From Polyangiales bacterium (GTDB lineage: Bacteria > Myxococcota_A > Polyangia > Polyangiales > Polyangiaceae), in contig JBBRLQ010000002.1 of assembly GCA_038231275.1 (NCBI GenBank), positions 597,647-661,646 of the forward strand: 64,000 bases of DNA, written 5' to 3'. Position 1 is the first letter of the stretch. Each line of letters starts with the position of its first letter. The notes under the pieces were generated by a model. That model did not search any database, was not told where the DNA came from, and saw only the letters and a program-made list of their open reading frames with translations. This document shows positions 9,196-17,150 of this stretch, piece by piece. The translations under genes were made by a program, and so were the position numbers.

Positions 9196-10386
9196 CTACT
9201 TCACGCCGGCCGCGTGGCACTTCAGGCAATAGTTCGTCGTCACGTCCCCGGTCGGGTAGTTCGGGACGGGGCCTCCGCCGTCGGGCCGTGAGAGGTGCCA
9301 GGCGTCGATGGCCGGGCTGACGTGCGAGCCGAGGTGGCAGTGGATGCAGTCGGTGTTCGCGCCGCCGGCCGAAACGCCCTTCGCGAGGACGTGGCAATCC
9401 TGGCAGGTGATGCCGGGGTTCGCGTGGATGCCCGTAGTCACCGCGAACTTCGCCTCGGGGTGAGGCCCAGTGATCGCCGGCTTCCAGCCCGCCATCTGGT
9501 GGCAGTTGAGGCACGTATGCGGGAACGTCGAGTGGTTCGGGAACGTGCTCGCATCCGCAGCCGCCTTGTGACACGCGTAGCAATCGGTCGTCGTGCCTTT
9601 GTACACGGGCGTCGGGCCCGTATGGCAGCCGACGCACGCGACGAGGACGTGCTTCCCCTGAAGCGGCCACGTGTGATTGTAGGAGCTCGGCTTCCATCCG
9701 GCTGCCGTGTGGCAATCCGAGCAGCTCGTGGAGAGCCCCTTGTGGATCGGGCTCGCCGCCTTGTCGGCATCCTTCTGGTGGCAGTCGGTGCACCCCTTGG
9801 GCGTGCCCTTGTAGAGCGGCGGATCGCCGGTGTGGCAGGAGTTGCACGGCGTGGTCGCGTGCACGCCGTCGAGCGGCCACGGATGCTGGAACGTCGACGG
9901 CTTGAACCCGACGTCGTTGTGGCAAAGCTTGCAGTCGAGCGGAAAGCCGGTGTGCTTCGGAGCGGTCGCGCCGTCGTAATCTTTTTTGTGGCACCCCTGG
10001 CAGTCCGTCGGCGTTTCGTTTGGATGGAAGCCGGTCGTGTGGCACGCCGTGCACGTCGGGCCCACGTGCTTGTTCTGGAGCGGCCACCAGAAGTGGTTCT
10101 GCACTTGGGCGGGAACCCAGCCCTGCGTCGAGTGGCAGTCGTTGCACGTGTTCGGCAATTTGCCGACGTGCACGGGGTTCGCCGCCGCGTTGTAGCCCGC
10201 GGCGTGACACGAGTAGCACGCGGTGTTCTTCGCCTCCGCCGTGTCGTGGATGTTCTGCTGCCGGCCACACGCGAACGCGGCGACGAGCGCGGCGACGCCC
10301 AACGAAATCGTCAGGGCCGCGTGCGCTCGTCCTTTGGGGAGTGTGGCCGGTGGCTGCATCTCGTTCCGTTGCCTCGATGAGTCCAC
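9196..10386 (-). CDS. Multiheme cytochrome c lipoprotein, 14 CxxCH
   Basis: Lipobox AAFAC, 14 CxxCH motifs, WPLxGxH spacers. The start could instead be the ATG of MQPPA. Confidence 0.92.
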   Translation of the reverse strand: MDSSRQRNEMQPPATLPKGRAHAALTISLGVAALVAAFACGRQQNIHDTAEAKNTACYSCHAAGYNAAANPVHVGKLPNTCNDCHSTQGWVPAQVQNHFWWPLQNKHVGPTCTACHTTGFHPNETPTDCQGCHKKDYDGATAPKHTGFPLDCKLCHNDVGFKPSTFQHPWPLDGVHATTPCNSCHTGDPPLYKGTPKGCTDCHQKDADKAASPIHKGLSTSCSDCHTAAGWKPSSYNHTWPLQGKHVLVACVGCHTGPTPVYKGTTTDCYACHKAAADASTFPNHSTFPHTCLNCHQMAGWKPAITGPHPEAKFAVTTGIHANPGITCQDCHVLAKGVSAGGANTDCIHCHLGSHVSPAIDAWHLSRPDGGGPVPNYPTGDVTTNYCLKCHAAGVK

Positions 10387-10397
10387 CTAGCCGCGGC

Positions 10398-13300
10398 TCA
10401 CCACTTCGAGGCGCCGTGGCATGTGCTCGTGCACGCCAACGTCGTCGTATTGTACGTCGTCATCTTCGGGCCCGCGACGTCCTTCACCCCATTGAGGTGA
10501 AGGGTCATGTTGACGGTGCCCGCCCCGTTCTTGTGAGTGTAGCCGGTGCCGTGGCAATCGCCGCATACGTTGCCGCTGTGCGTGCCGTGCTTACCCGTGC
10601 TCGGCGGCGTGGTGTGGCAGGAGCCGCAGACCATCGCTCCGCCGGTCCAGGACGGCGCGAAGGCGGTGGTGCCACCGGGGAAGTCGCCGTGGCAATACGA
10701 GTTCGTGCAGGTGGTGCCGTTCCACGCGGGGACGACGCCTCCGGTCTTCGCGAACGCGCCGAAGTTCACCTGCACGACGCCGTCGCTGTGGAGGTTGGTC
10801 GACGGGACGGCGTGGCAGTCGTTGCACTGCACCGGCTTGGCGGCGAATGTGGCCTTGTTCAAGTGGCCCTGGTGAGCGCCGACCGCGAGGGTCGTCGTCG
10901 CGGTCTCGCCCTTGGTGCCGAGCGGAGGCGCCGAGGTCTGGCGGGTGTCGGCGCCTGCGATTCCGACGCGCGTGCCGTCGCCGTGGCACGAGTAGCAGCT
11001 GAGCGAGCTCTGATCGACATCGATGACGCCGTTGATGTGCGTCGTCTTGTTGACCGTTTTGCCAGTCGCCGAATAACCGGCGCCGTGGCACGCGGAGCAA
11101 ACGATCGCGGGGTTCGCGTGCGGCGGAGTGGCGGGAGGCGCTCCGTGGCACGAGGCGCACCCGATGGTGAGGTTGGTCCACGTCGCCGTGGCGTTCGCGC
11201 CGCCGGAGAAGTCGCCGTGACAGTACGACGTCGTGCACGTCGCGCCGCTCCACACCGGCGTCACACCGCCGGTCTTGGCGAGCGTGCCCCAGGACATGTC
11301 CACCTTGCCGTTGCTGTGGCTGTTGCTGATCGGGACCACGTGGCACTCGTTGCACTGGGTGGGCGTGGCGAACGTTCCGGTGTTGACGTGGCCGTCGTGC
11401 GCGCCGACCGCGCGCGTCGAGGTCGCGGTTTCACCCTTCGAGCCGTTCGGCGGCGACGCCTTCACCTGAGGATCGGCGCCTGCAACGCCCGCGCGCGCCG
11501 TCGTGCCGTGGCACGAGCTGCACGTCATCGTGGTCTGGTCGACGTCGATGACGCCGTTGATGTGGGTGGTCTTGTTGACCGTCTTCGCGGTCGCGTCGTA
11601 GCCAGCGCCGTGGCACGACGCGCACGGGGTCGCCGGGTTCGTGTGCGCCGGAGTCGCGGGCGGCAACGCGTGGCACGAGCCGCACGTGACCGTCCCGGTG
11701 CCCGTCCAGGTTGGCGCGGCCGCGGTGTTTCCACCGGTGAAGTTGCCGTGACAGTACGACGCCGTGCACGACGTTCCGTTGAACGCCGGAGCGACGCCGC
11801 CCGTCTTGGCGAGCGCACCGAAGAGCATGTCGATCTTGCCGTTGCTGTGCGCCGTGCTGATCGGAACGACGTGGCACTCGTTGCACTGGATCGGTGTGCT
11901 GAAGGTCCCCGTGTTGACGTGCGCTTGGTGCGCGCCGACCGGGAGCGTCGATCCCGCAGGCGAGACCGGTGGAGACGCCGCCACATCCAAGTCCGCGCCG
12001 GCCACGCCAACGCGCGTCGCCGTCCCGTGGCACGAGGTGCACGTGAGGTTGCCGTTGCCGGTGGGCGTGTCGATGACGCCGTTGATGTGCGTGGGCTTGT
12101 TGACGGTCTTCGCCGTCGCGTCGTAGCCGGCGCCGTGGCAGGTCGCGCACGGAGTCGCGGGGTTCCCGTGCGGCGCGACGCCGGGGTTGGGCGGCAACGC
12201 GTGGCACGAGCCGCACGCCTGCGCGCCGGGAACCGCCCACGACGGAGTGTTCGCGTTGGCGCCGCCGGTGAAGTTGCCGTGGCAGTAGTTGTTGCAGCCG
12301 GTGCCGTTCCACGTCGGCACGGCGCCCGCGGTCTTCGCCAACGCGCCGAACAGAATGTCCACGACGCCGTTGCTGTGGTTCATGCTCGTCGGCACGACGT
12401 GGCAATCCGCGCACTGCAGCGGCTTGCCGGTGAGATCGAGGGCATTGACGTGCGCCGCGTGCGCGCCGACCGCGCGCGTCGTGGCGAGCGTCTCGCCCTT
12501 CGAGCCGATCGGCGGCGCCGACTTGATGTTCGGATCTGCGCCCGCGACGCCGACGCGGGTGAGATCGCCGTGGCACGAGCTGCACGTGGCCGACGTAGTG
12601 TTCACGTTGACGGCGCCGTCGATGTGCGTCGCCTTGTTGACCGTCTTCGCGGTCGCCGAGTAGCCCGCGCCGTGGCAGGTGGAGCACTCCATCGCCGGGT
12701 TCGAGTGCGGCGGCGTCGGGGGCGGCGTTCCGTGGCACGAGCCGCAGTTCATCGGCCCGCTGGTCCACACCGGGGCCGACGTCGTCGCGCCTCCGGGGAA
12801 GTTGCCGTGGCAATAGCTGCTCGTGCAGGAGTTGCCGTCCCACACGGGAGACGCGCCCGCGGTCTTCGCCATGCCACCGAACGCGATGTCCACGATGCCG
12901 TTGCTGTGCGACATGGCCGTGGGGATGACGTGGCAGTCCGCGCATTGGAGCGGATTGGCAGACCAGTCGGATTTGTTCACGTGCGCTTGGTGCGCGCCGA
13001 CGGCGCGATCGGTCGTGAGGACCTCGCCGTTGGTGCCCTTCGGCGGAGCCACCTTCAGGCTCGGATCGGCGCCCGCGATGGCGACGCGCGTGGCGTCACC
13101 GTGGCACGTCGTGCACGTCGCGTTCGGGGGAACCGCGCCGGCGCAGAACCCGACGTAGTCGGCCTGCATCCACGCTTCGAACGCCTGGAGCTCGGCGGCC
13201 GTGGCGGGGTTGTTGAATGCCGACGGCGGCATCGGCGTCTGGATCTGCTGCATCCTCTCGAACGCGACCTCTCCGACGGTCTTGCTCTTGTCCACGGTCG

Positions 13301-13625
13301 ACCACTGGACCATGTCGGCCGCGGTCATGAGCGGGACGAGCGCGCCGCCCGCCGGCGGGTTCGAGTGACACACCTGGCATTTGGTGGTGAGGAGCGTCTT
13401 CACCTCGCACGTGAAGCCCGCGCCTTTCGGCAGCTGCGCCACCGGCCGGGGCGGACCGCCGAGCTCGTTCGGAATGCGATTCGCAGCCGTCGGCCCGGGG
13501 ACTCCGATCCCGTCGGCGCCCGCATCCTGCGCGCCCGCGTCGTCGGATTTGGCGCTGCACCCGAAGAGGAGCGCGCAGGCGACGAGGCCGGCGGCGAACC
13601 ATGCGAAGGGCGAGCGGACGACCAT
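10398..13625 (-). CDS. Large CxxxxCH/CxxCH-repeat multiheme cytochrome c lipoprotein (about 1075 aa, 27 heme motifs)
   Basis: Lipobox LLFGC; 21 CX2CH, 4 CX4CH and 2 CX3CH motifs; five tandem 173-181 aa pentaheme repeats. Confidence 0.92.
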   Translation of the reverse strand: MVVRSPFAWFAAGLVACALLFGCSAKSDDAGAQDAGADGIGVPGPTAANRIPNELGGPPRPVAQLPKGAGFTCEVKTLLTTKCQVCHSNPPAGGALVPLMTAADMVQWSTVDKSKTVGEVAFERMQQIQTPMPPSAFNNPATAAELQAFEAWMQADYVGFCAGAVPPNATCTTCHGDATRVAIAGADPSLKVAPPKGTNGEVLTTDRAVGAHQAHVNKSDWSANPLQCADCHVIPTAMSHSNGIVDIAFGGMAKTAGASPVWDGNSCTSSYCHGNFPGGATTSAPVWTSGPMNCGSCHGTPPPTPPHSNPAMECSTCHGAGYSATAKTVNKATHIDGAVNVNTTSATCSSCHGDLTRVGVAGADPNIKSAPPIGSKGETLATTRAVGAHAAHVNALDLTGKPLQCADCHVVPTSMNHSNGVVDILFGALAKTAGAVPTWNGTGCNNYCHGNFTGGANANTPSWAVPGAQACGSCHALPPNPGVAPHGNPATPCATCHGAGYDATAKTVNKPTHINGVIDTPTGNGNLTCTSCHGTATRVGVAGADLDVAASPPVSPAGSTLPVGAHQAHVNTGTFSTPIQCNECHVVPISTAHSNGKIDMLFGALAKTGGVAPAFNGTSCTASYCHGNFTGGNTAAAPTWTGTGTVTCGSCHALPPATPAHTNPATPCASCHGAGYDATAKTVNKTTHINGVIDVDQTTMTCSSCHGTTARAGVAGADPQVKASPPNGSKGETATSTRAVGAHDGHVNTGTFATPTQCNECHVVPISNSHSNGKVDMSWGTLAKTGGVTPVWSGATCTTSYCHGDFSGGANATATWTNLTIGCASCHGAPPATPPHANPAIVCSACHGAGYSATGKTVNKTTHINGVIDVDQSSLSCYSCHGDGTRVGIAGADTRQTSAPPLGTKGETATTTLAVGAHQGHLNKATFAAKPVQCNDCHAVPSTNLHSDGVVQVNFGAFAKTGGVVPAWNGTTCTNSYCHGDFPGGTTAFAPSWTGGAMVCGSCHTTPPSTGKHGTHSGNVCGDCHGTGYTHKNGAGTVNMTLHLNGVKDVAGPKMTTYNTTTLACTSTCHGASKW

Positions 13626-13685
13626 GGTGTCCGTGAGTGCCGCGGGCTCTCCGAAAGGTTGCACCAACGTTGGCGGAAAATCGCC

Positions 13686-13703
13686 ACGGGTGGATCCACC
13701 CGT
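13686..13703. promoter_or_regulatory. Perfect 18-bp palindrome upstream of the large cytochrome gene
   Basis: ACGGGTGGATCCACCCGT; function unknown. Confidence 0.4.
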
Positions 13704-13744
13704 ATCCAGGATCGCTTACGATCCAACGAAATTCGGCCGATTTT

Positions 13745-14479
13745 TCAATGTTGCACGAGGGTCCCCATCATCGTGTCGAACTCGGCGCGCGCCGCGAGGA
13801 CCGTCTTCGCCGGGCCGGTGATCTTGAAAAAGTGGGGCATTCCGGCCGTCGCGACGATGGACCCGAGCAACGCCCAGCCCGCGCCGCCATCCTTCCCCAT
13901 GCCGCCTTCGAACTTGCCCTGGACCTCGACGATCGTGACGGCGAGCGCGCCGACGTTGCGTGTGCTGCGCTTCGCCGTCTTGCGCGATTCGGCGTCGAAC
14001 TGGCCGACCCATCTGTCCGCGTTCGCTTCGACCGAGCCGCCTGCTTGCGTGATCGAGAGCTCCGCGTCCTCGGTGTCCCCCGGCGCGCGCGGCACGCGGT
14101 AGGTGGCGAGGCGCATCGTGCTCGCGTTCGGAACGAGCACCCACCGCGCCGGCGCCTTGTACTCGAGCGACGACTGCGCTCCGGCGGGAGACGGATTCAG
14201 CTGCGAGCCCGTGGGATCCAGCGGATCGACCGCAGGATGCCCCGCCGGCAACGGCTGCGCGCCCATCGGATCGGCGCCGCCCGTCGGCGGGTGCCCGGGC
14301 GGCAGCGGCTGGTCGTTGTCGACGAACGGCATCGCCGCAGGCGGCGGGCTCGACGGAGGAGACGTGGACATCGCCTCTGAGGCAGGCGGCGCCATCGATT
14401 TACCTGCGGCGAACGCAGCCGCAGAGGCGATGGCGACGAGGGCGAAGACCGAGGGGAGGCTGAGGCGCACATTGGTCAT
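13745..14479 (-). CDS. Conserved hypothetical exported protein with LPxGHP repeats
   Basis: Signal/TM, LPPGHP and LPAGHP, then STMRLATY, GGSVEANADRWVGQF and FFKITGP motifs. Confidence 0.75.
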   Translation of the reverse strand: MTNVRLSLPSVFALVAIASAAAFAAGKSMAPPASEAMSTSPPSSPPPAAMPFVDNDQPLPPGHPPTGGADPMGAQPLPAGHPAVDPLDPTGSQLNPSPAGAQSSLEYKAPARWVLVPNASTMRLATYRVPRAPGDTEDAELSITQAGGSVEANADRWVGQFDAESRKTAKRSTRNVGALAVTIVEVQGKFEGGMGKDGGAGWALLGSIVATAGMPHFFKITGPAKTVLAARAEFDTMMGTLVQH

Positions 14480-14591
14480 GACGTTAAGTGCATCCTACCG
14501 TCAGTTTTGCTCCACCGTTGTTCGCAGAATCTCCGTGATCCATCTTTGGGGATCGGAGTCGCGGCCTGCTACTGAGTAAATAAGGTGGAAC

Positions 14592-15260
14592 ATGGTGGAG
14601 AACGACCCGATGAAGACGAAGAGGCGTGCGCTCCGTGACTCGTTCATGCACATGTGGCCCCTCGTGCTCGCCGTACCGCTCTCTGCGCTCGCGTGCAGCA
14701 GCAGCAGCGCCAGCAAGTCCCAACCGGGCAACGATGGCGGCGCGCCGGGAGACGACGGTGGCCTGGCCGACGGCGCCGCAGGGGACGGCGGGCACGGCGA
14801 TCTCGACGCGGGGATCGATCCGTCGCTCAACCCCGATCCCAAGGACCTCGACCCGACCAACGGCGACCCGTCGCTCGACATCGGTGGCTCGCAGATCTAC
14901 TTCGACAAGGGCGCTCCGTGGGTGCGCGTCGAGTTTTACGGGGCGTGGCCGCCGGCCGCGACGGTGTACTCGTGGGCGTGCTCGGTGATCCTCGGCACGC
15001 AGAACGCGCCCGTGGTCACCTACACGGTTCAGTCCACGAAGGGAAAGCAGACCGATGCCGTCGACGGAATGGACAAGGCGAAGGTCACGCTCGCCGTCGA
15101 GCCGAGGGGCTTCCGCGTGCTGCTCGGGGACGCGACGCTCGTGTTCGATCGCTACGCCCTCGAGTGCAACGTCGAGTCGACGGACACCGGCACGATGGTC
15201 CAGGACACGAGCGGCTCCTTCGTCATCACCACGAAAATCGATCGCGCCTTCGGACCCTGA
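14592..15260 (+). CDS. Hypothetical lipoprotein
   Basis: Lipobox ALAC, Gly/Asp linker, beta-rich domain. Start uncertain. Confidence 0.7.
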   Translation: MVENDPMKTKRRALRDSFMHMWPLVLAVPLSALACSSSSASKSQPGNDGGAPGDDGGLADGAAGDGGHGDLDAGIDPSLNPDPKDLDPTNGDPSLDIGGSQIYFDKGAPWVRVEFYGAWPPAATVYSWACSVILGTQNAPVVTYTVQSTKGKQTDAVDGMDKAKVTLAVEPRGFRVLLGDATLVFDRYALECNVESTDTGTMVQDTSGSFVITTKIDRAFGP

Positions 15261-15296
15261 CGCGAATCGAACGGACGCCCTCTTCGAGCGTCGGTC

Positions 15297-16640
15297 TTAC
15301 TTCGACAACGGCTCTCCGTAGAGCGTTCGTATCCCGATTCCCATGCTCTTCAAGAAGTCGAAGGGCGGAATCGTCCCCATGAACAGGATGATGTAGTCGT
15401 TCGGGATCTCGACGCGCTCGCCCTTCTTGTCGAGGACCAACCTGTCCGGATGGATCTCCTTCACGCCGGTCGAGTAGAAAATGTGGACGAGCCCGGCCTT
15501 CTCCATCTGCTCGATTTTGATCTTGTTGTCGTCTTTGCAACGTGAGAGCGCGTCTCCACGCACGAGCAGGTGGACGGTGTTCCCGAGCTTCTGATCTCCC
15601 ACGCGCTGCGCCGCCTCGACCGCCGAGTCGCCGGCGCCGACGACGACGATCTTGCACCCCTGGTACTGCTCGGGGTCGCTCAGCTTGAAGGTGACCTTCT
15701 CGGTGTCCTCGTTCGGTAGCCCGAGCTTCCTCGGCGTGCCGCCCACGCCGACCGCGAGGATGACCTTCCTCGCGCGCACGATCCCGGCGCTCGTCTCGAC
15801 CTCGAAAACCTTTCCGTTGGTCTTCGCGTTGACGAACTTCACGCGCTCGTCGACTTGGAGGCCCACCTTCGCGCAGACGTCCTTCCAGTACTTGAGGAGG
15901 TCCTCCTTCACGATGCGGTTCTTCGGAAAGCTCATTTTCCCGATGAGCGGCAGCGCGGCGGGGTGGCTCATGACCAACTTTTGGCGGGGGAAGTTGTAGA
16001 CGGTGCCGCCGAACGTATTTTGCTCGATGCAGCGGAACTTGGCCTTGAGCTCGATGCACTTCAGCGACGCCGCGATCCCCGCGGGGCCCGCGCCGACGAC
16101 GAGGACGTCCACGTCGGCGGGAGCGGACCTGTCCAGGTTGGCGACCGCGTGGGTCGCCGCGTAGACGCCTTGCTTGATCGCGTTGGCGATGAGGCCCATC
16201 CCTCCGAGCTCGCCGGCGATGTAGAGACCGTGGACGTTCGTCTCGTAGTTCTCGTTGTAGTCGGGGACCTGCTTGCCGGTCTTCTCGCTGCCGAAGACCA
16301 TCGTGATCGCGTCGACGGGGCACGAGCGGTAGCAGAGCGTGTGGCCCACGCACTTGGTGGGGCTCACCAGCGCGGGTAGGCCGTTGACCATCTGCAAGAT
16401 GTCCCCTTCGGGACAGACCTGAGTGCAAATGCCGCAGCCCGAGCACTTGTCGAGATCGATCTTCGGGTAGAGGGCGTACGCGTCCGTCTTGCCGGACTTG
16501 ATGGTGGCTTGGAGCTTCTCTTCGGCCTTCTTATTTGCCTTCGCTCGGCGCCTTCCAAATATCGCGTAGATCACGATGGTGACGAGGATCACCAGGACGA
16601 CCGACAGACTGGTCTTGCTCAGGTTCGCTAAGAAATGCAT
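15297..16640 (-). CDS. Membrane-anchored FAD/NAD(P)H oxidoreductase with a 2x[4Fe-4S] ferredoxin domain
   Basis: N-terminal TM; CSGCGICTQVCP and CVGHTLCYRSCP; TNVHGLYIAGE, VVGAGPAG and VVGAGDSAVE motifs. Confidence 0.9.
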   Translation of the reverse strand: MHFLANLSKTSLSVVLVILVTIVIYAIFGRRRAKANKKAEEKLQATIKSGKTDAYALYPKIDLDKCSGCGICTQVCPEGDILQMVNGLPALVSPTKCVGHTLCYRSCPVDAITMVFGSEKTGKQVPDYNENYETNVHGLYIAGELGGMGLIANAIKQGVYAATHAVANLDRSAPADVDVLVVGAGPAGIAASLKCIELKAKFRCIEQNTFGGTVYNFPRQKLVMSHPAALPLIGKMSFPKNRIVKEDLLKYWKDVCAKVGLQVDERVKFVNAKTNGKVFEVETSAGIVRARKVILAVGVGGTPRKLGLPNEDTEKVTFKLSDPEQYQGCKIVVVGAGDSAVEAAQRVGDQKLGNTVHLLVRGDALSRCKDDNKIKIEQMEKAGLVHIFYSTGVKEIHPDRLVLDKKGERVEIPNDYIILFMGTIPPFDFLKSMGIGIRTLYGEPLSK

Positions 16641-17062
16641 CTCACGACCTCACCGTCCTTCGAAAATTCCAGCGTCACGAGGGGATCGTAGAGGGTCTCC
16701 TTGTACTTCCACTTCTTGCTCGCCCACGGGTTCCACGAGGAGTGCGCGGCGAGCGTCATCGTGCGGACCGTGCCGCTCTCGTGGAAGTCGAGCGGCGCGT
16801 TCGCCTTGACGTGAGCCATGACCCCGTAGGCGTCCAGCGTCGCCTCCTCGCAGAGGACGCACGACTTCAAGGTCCCGTCGGGGAAGAACTTCACGGCGTC
16901 ACCCGCCCTCAGCTTCACCTGACTCTTGGCGATCATCCACTCGGTGTCGATCTCCGGCACGAACGATTTGTAGCTGCCGTCCGGGTAGAGCTCGACGTGA
17001 GTATAGCCCGAGTTGTCCACCCAGTTCGTGGCGTCCTTCTTCTTCTCGTCTTCCTCGCCCAT
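16628..17062 (-). CDS. Hypothetical protein with MORN-variant-like repeats
   Basis: Repeats YPDGSYKS, FPDGTLKS, FHESGTVR, FSKDGEVV; overlaps the oxidoreductase start by 13 nt. Confidence 0.65.
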   Translation of the reverse strand: MGEEDEKKKDATNWVDNSGYTHVELYPDGSYKSFVPEIDTEWMIAKSQVKLRAGDAVKFFPDGTLKSCVLCEEATLDAYGVMAHVKANAPLDFHESGTVRTMTLAAHSSWNPWASKKWKYKETLYDPLVTLEFSKDGEVVRCIS

Positions 17063-17150
17063 GGTGCCCCCGCGCGTCCGCGTCAGGCTTCACGTTACCG
17101 CGAGGCATGGCACCACGACAGCTCCGGCTCGGATGGGCGCGCGGTCAGGG

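Noticed and set aside
10020-14102. 1360-aa plus-strand ORF and many other long Arg/Ala-rich ORFs (e.g. 2261-4810, 5517-7340, 30584-33013)
   Set aside because: Antisense or off-frame shadows of real genes in high-GC DNA; no motifs.
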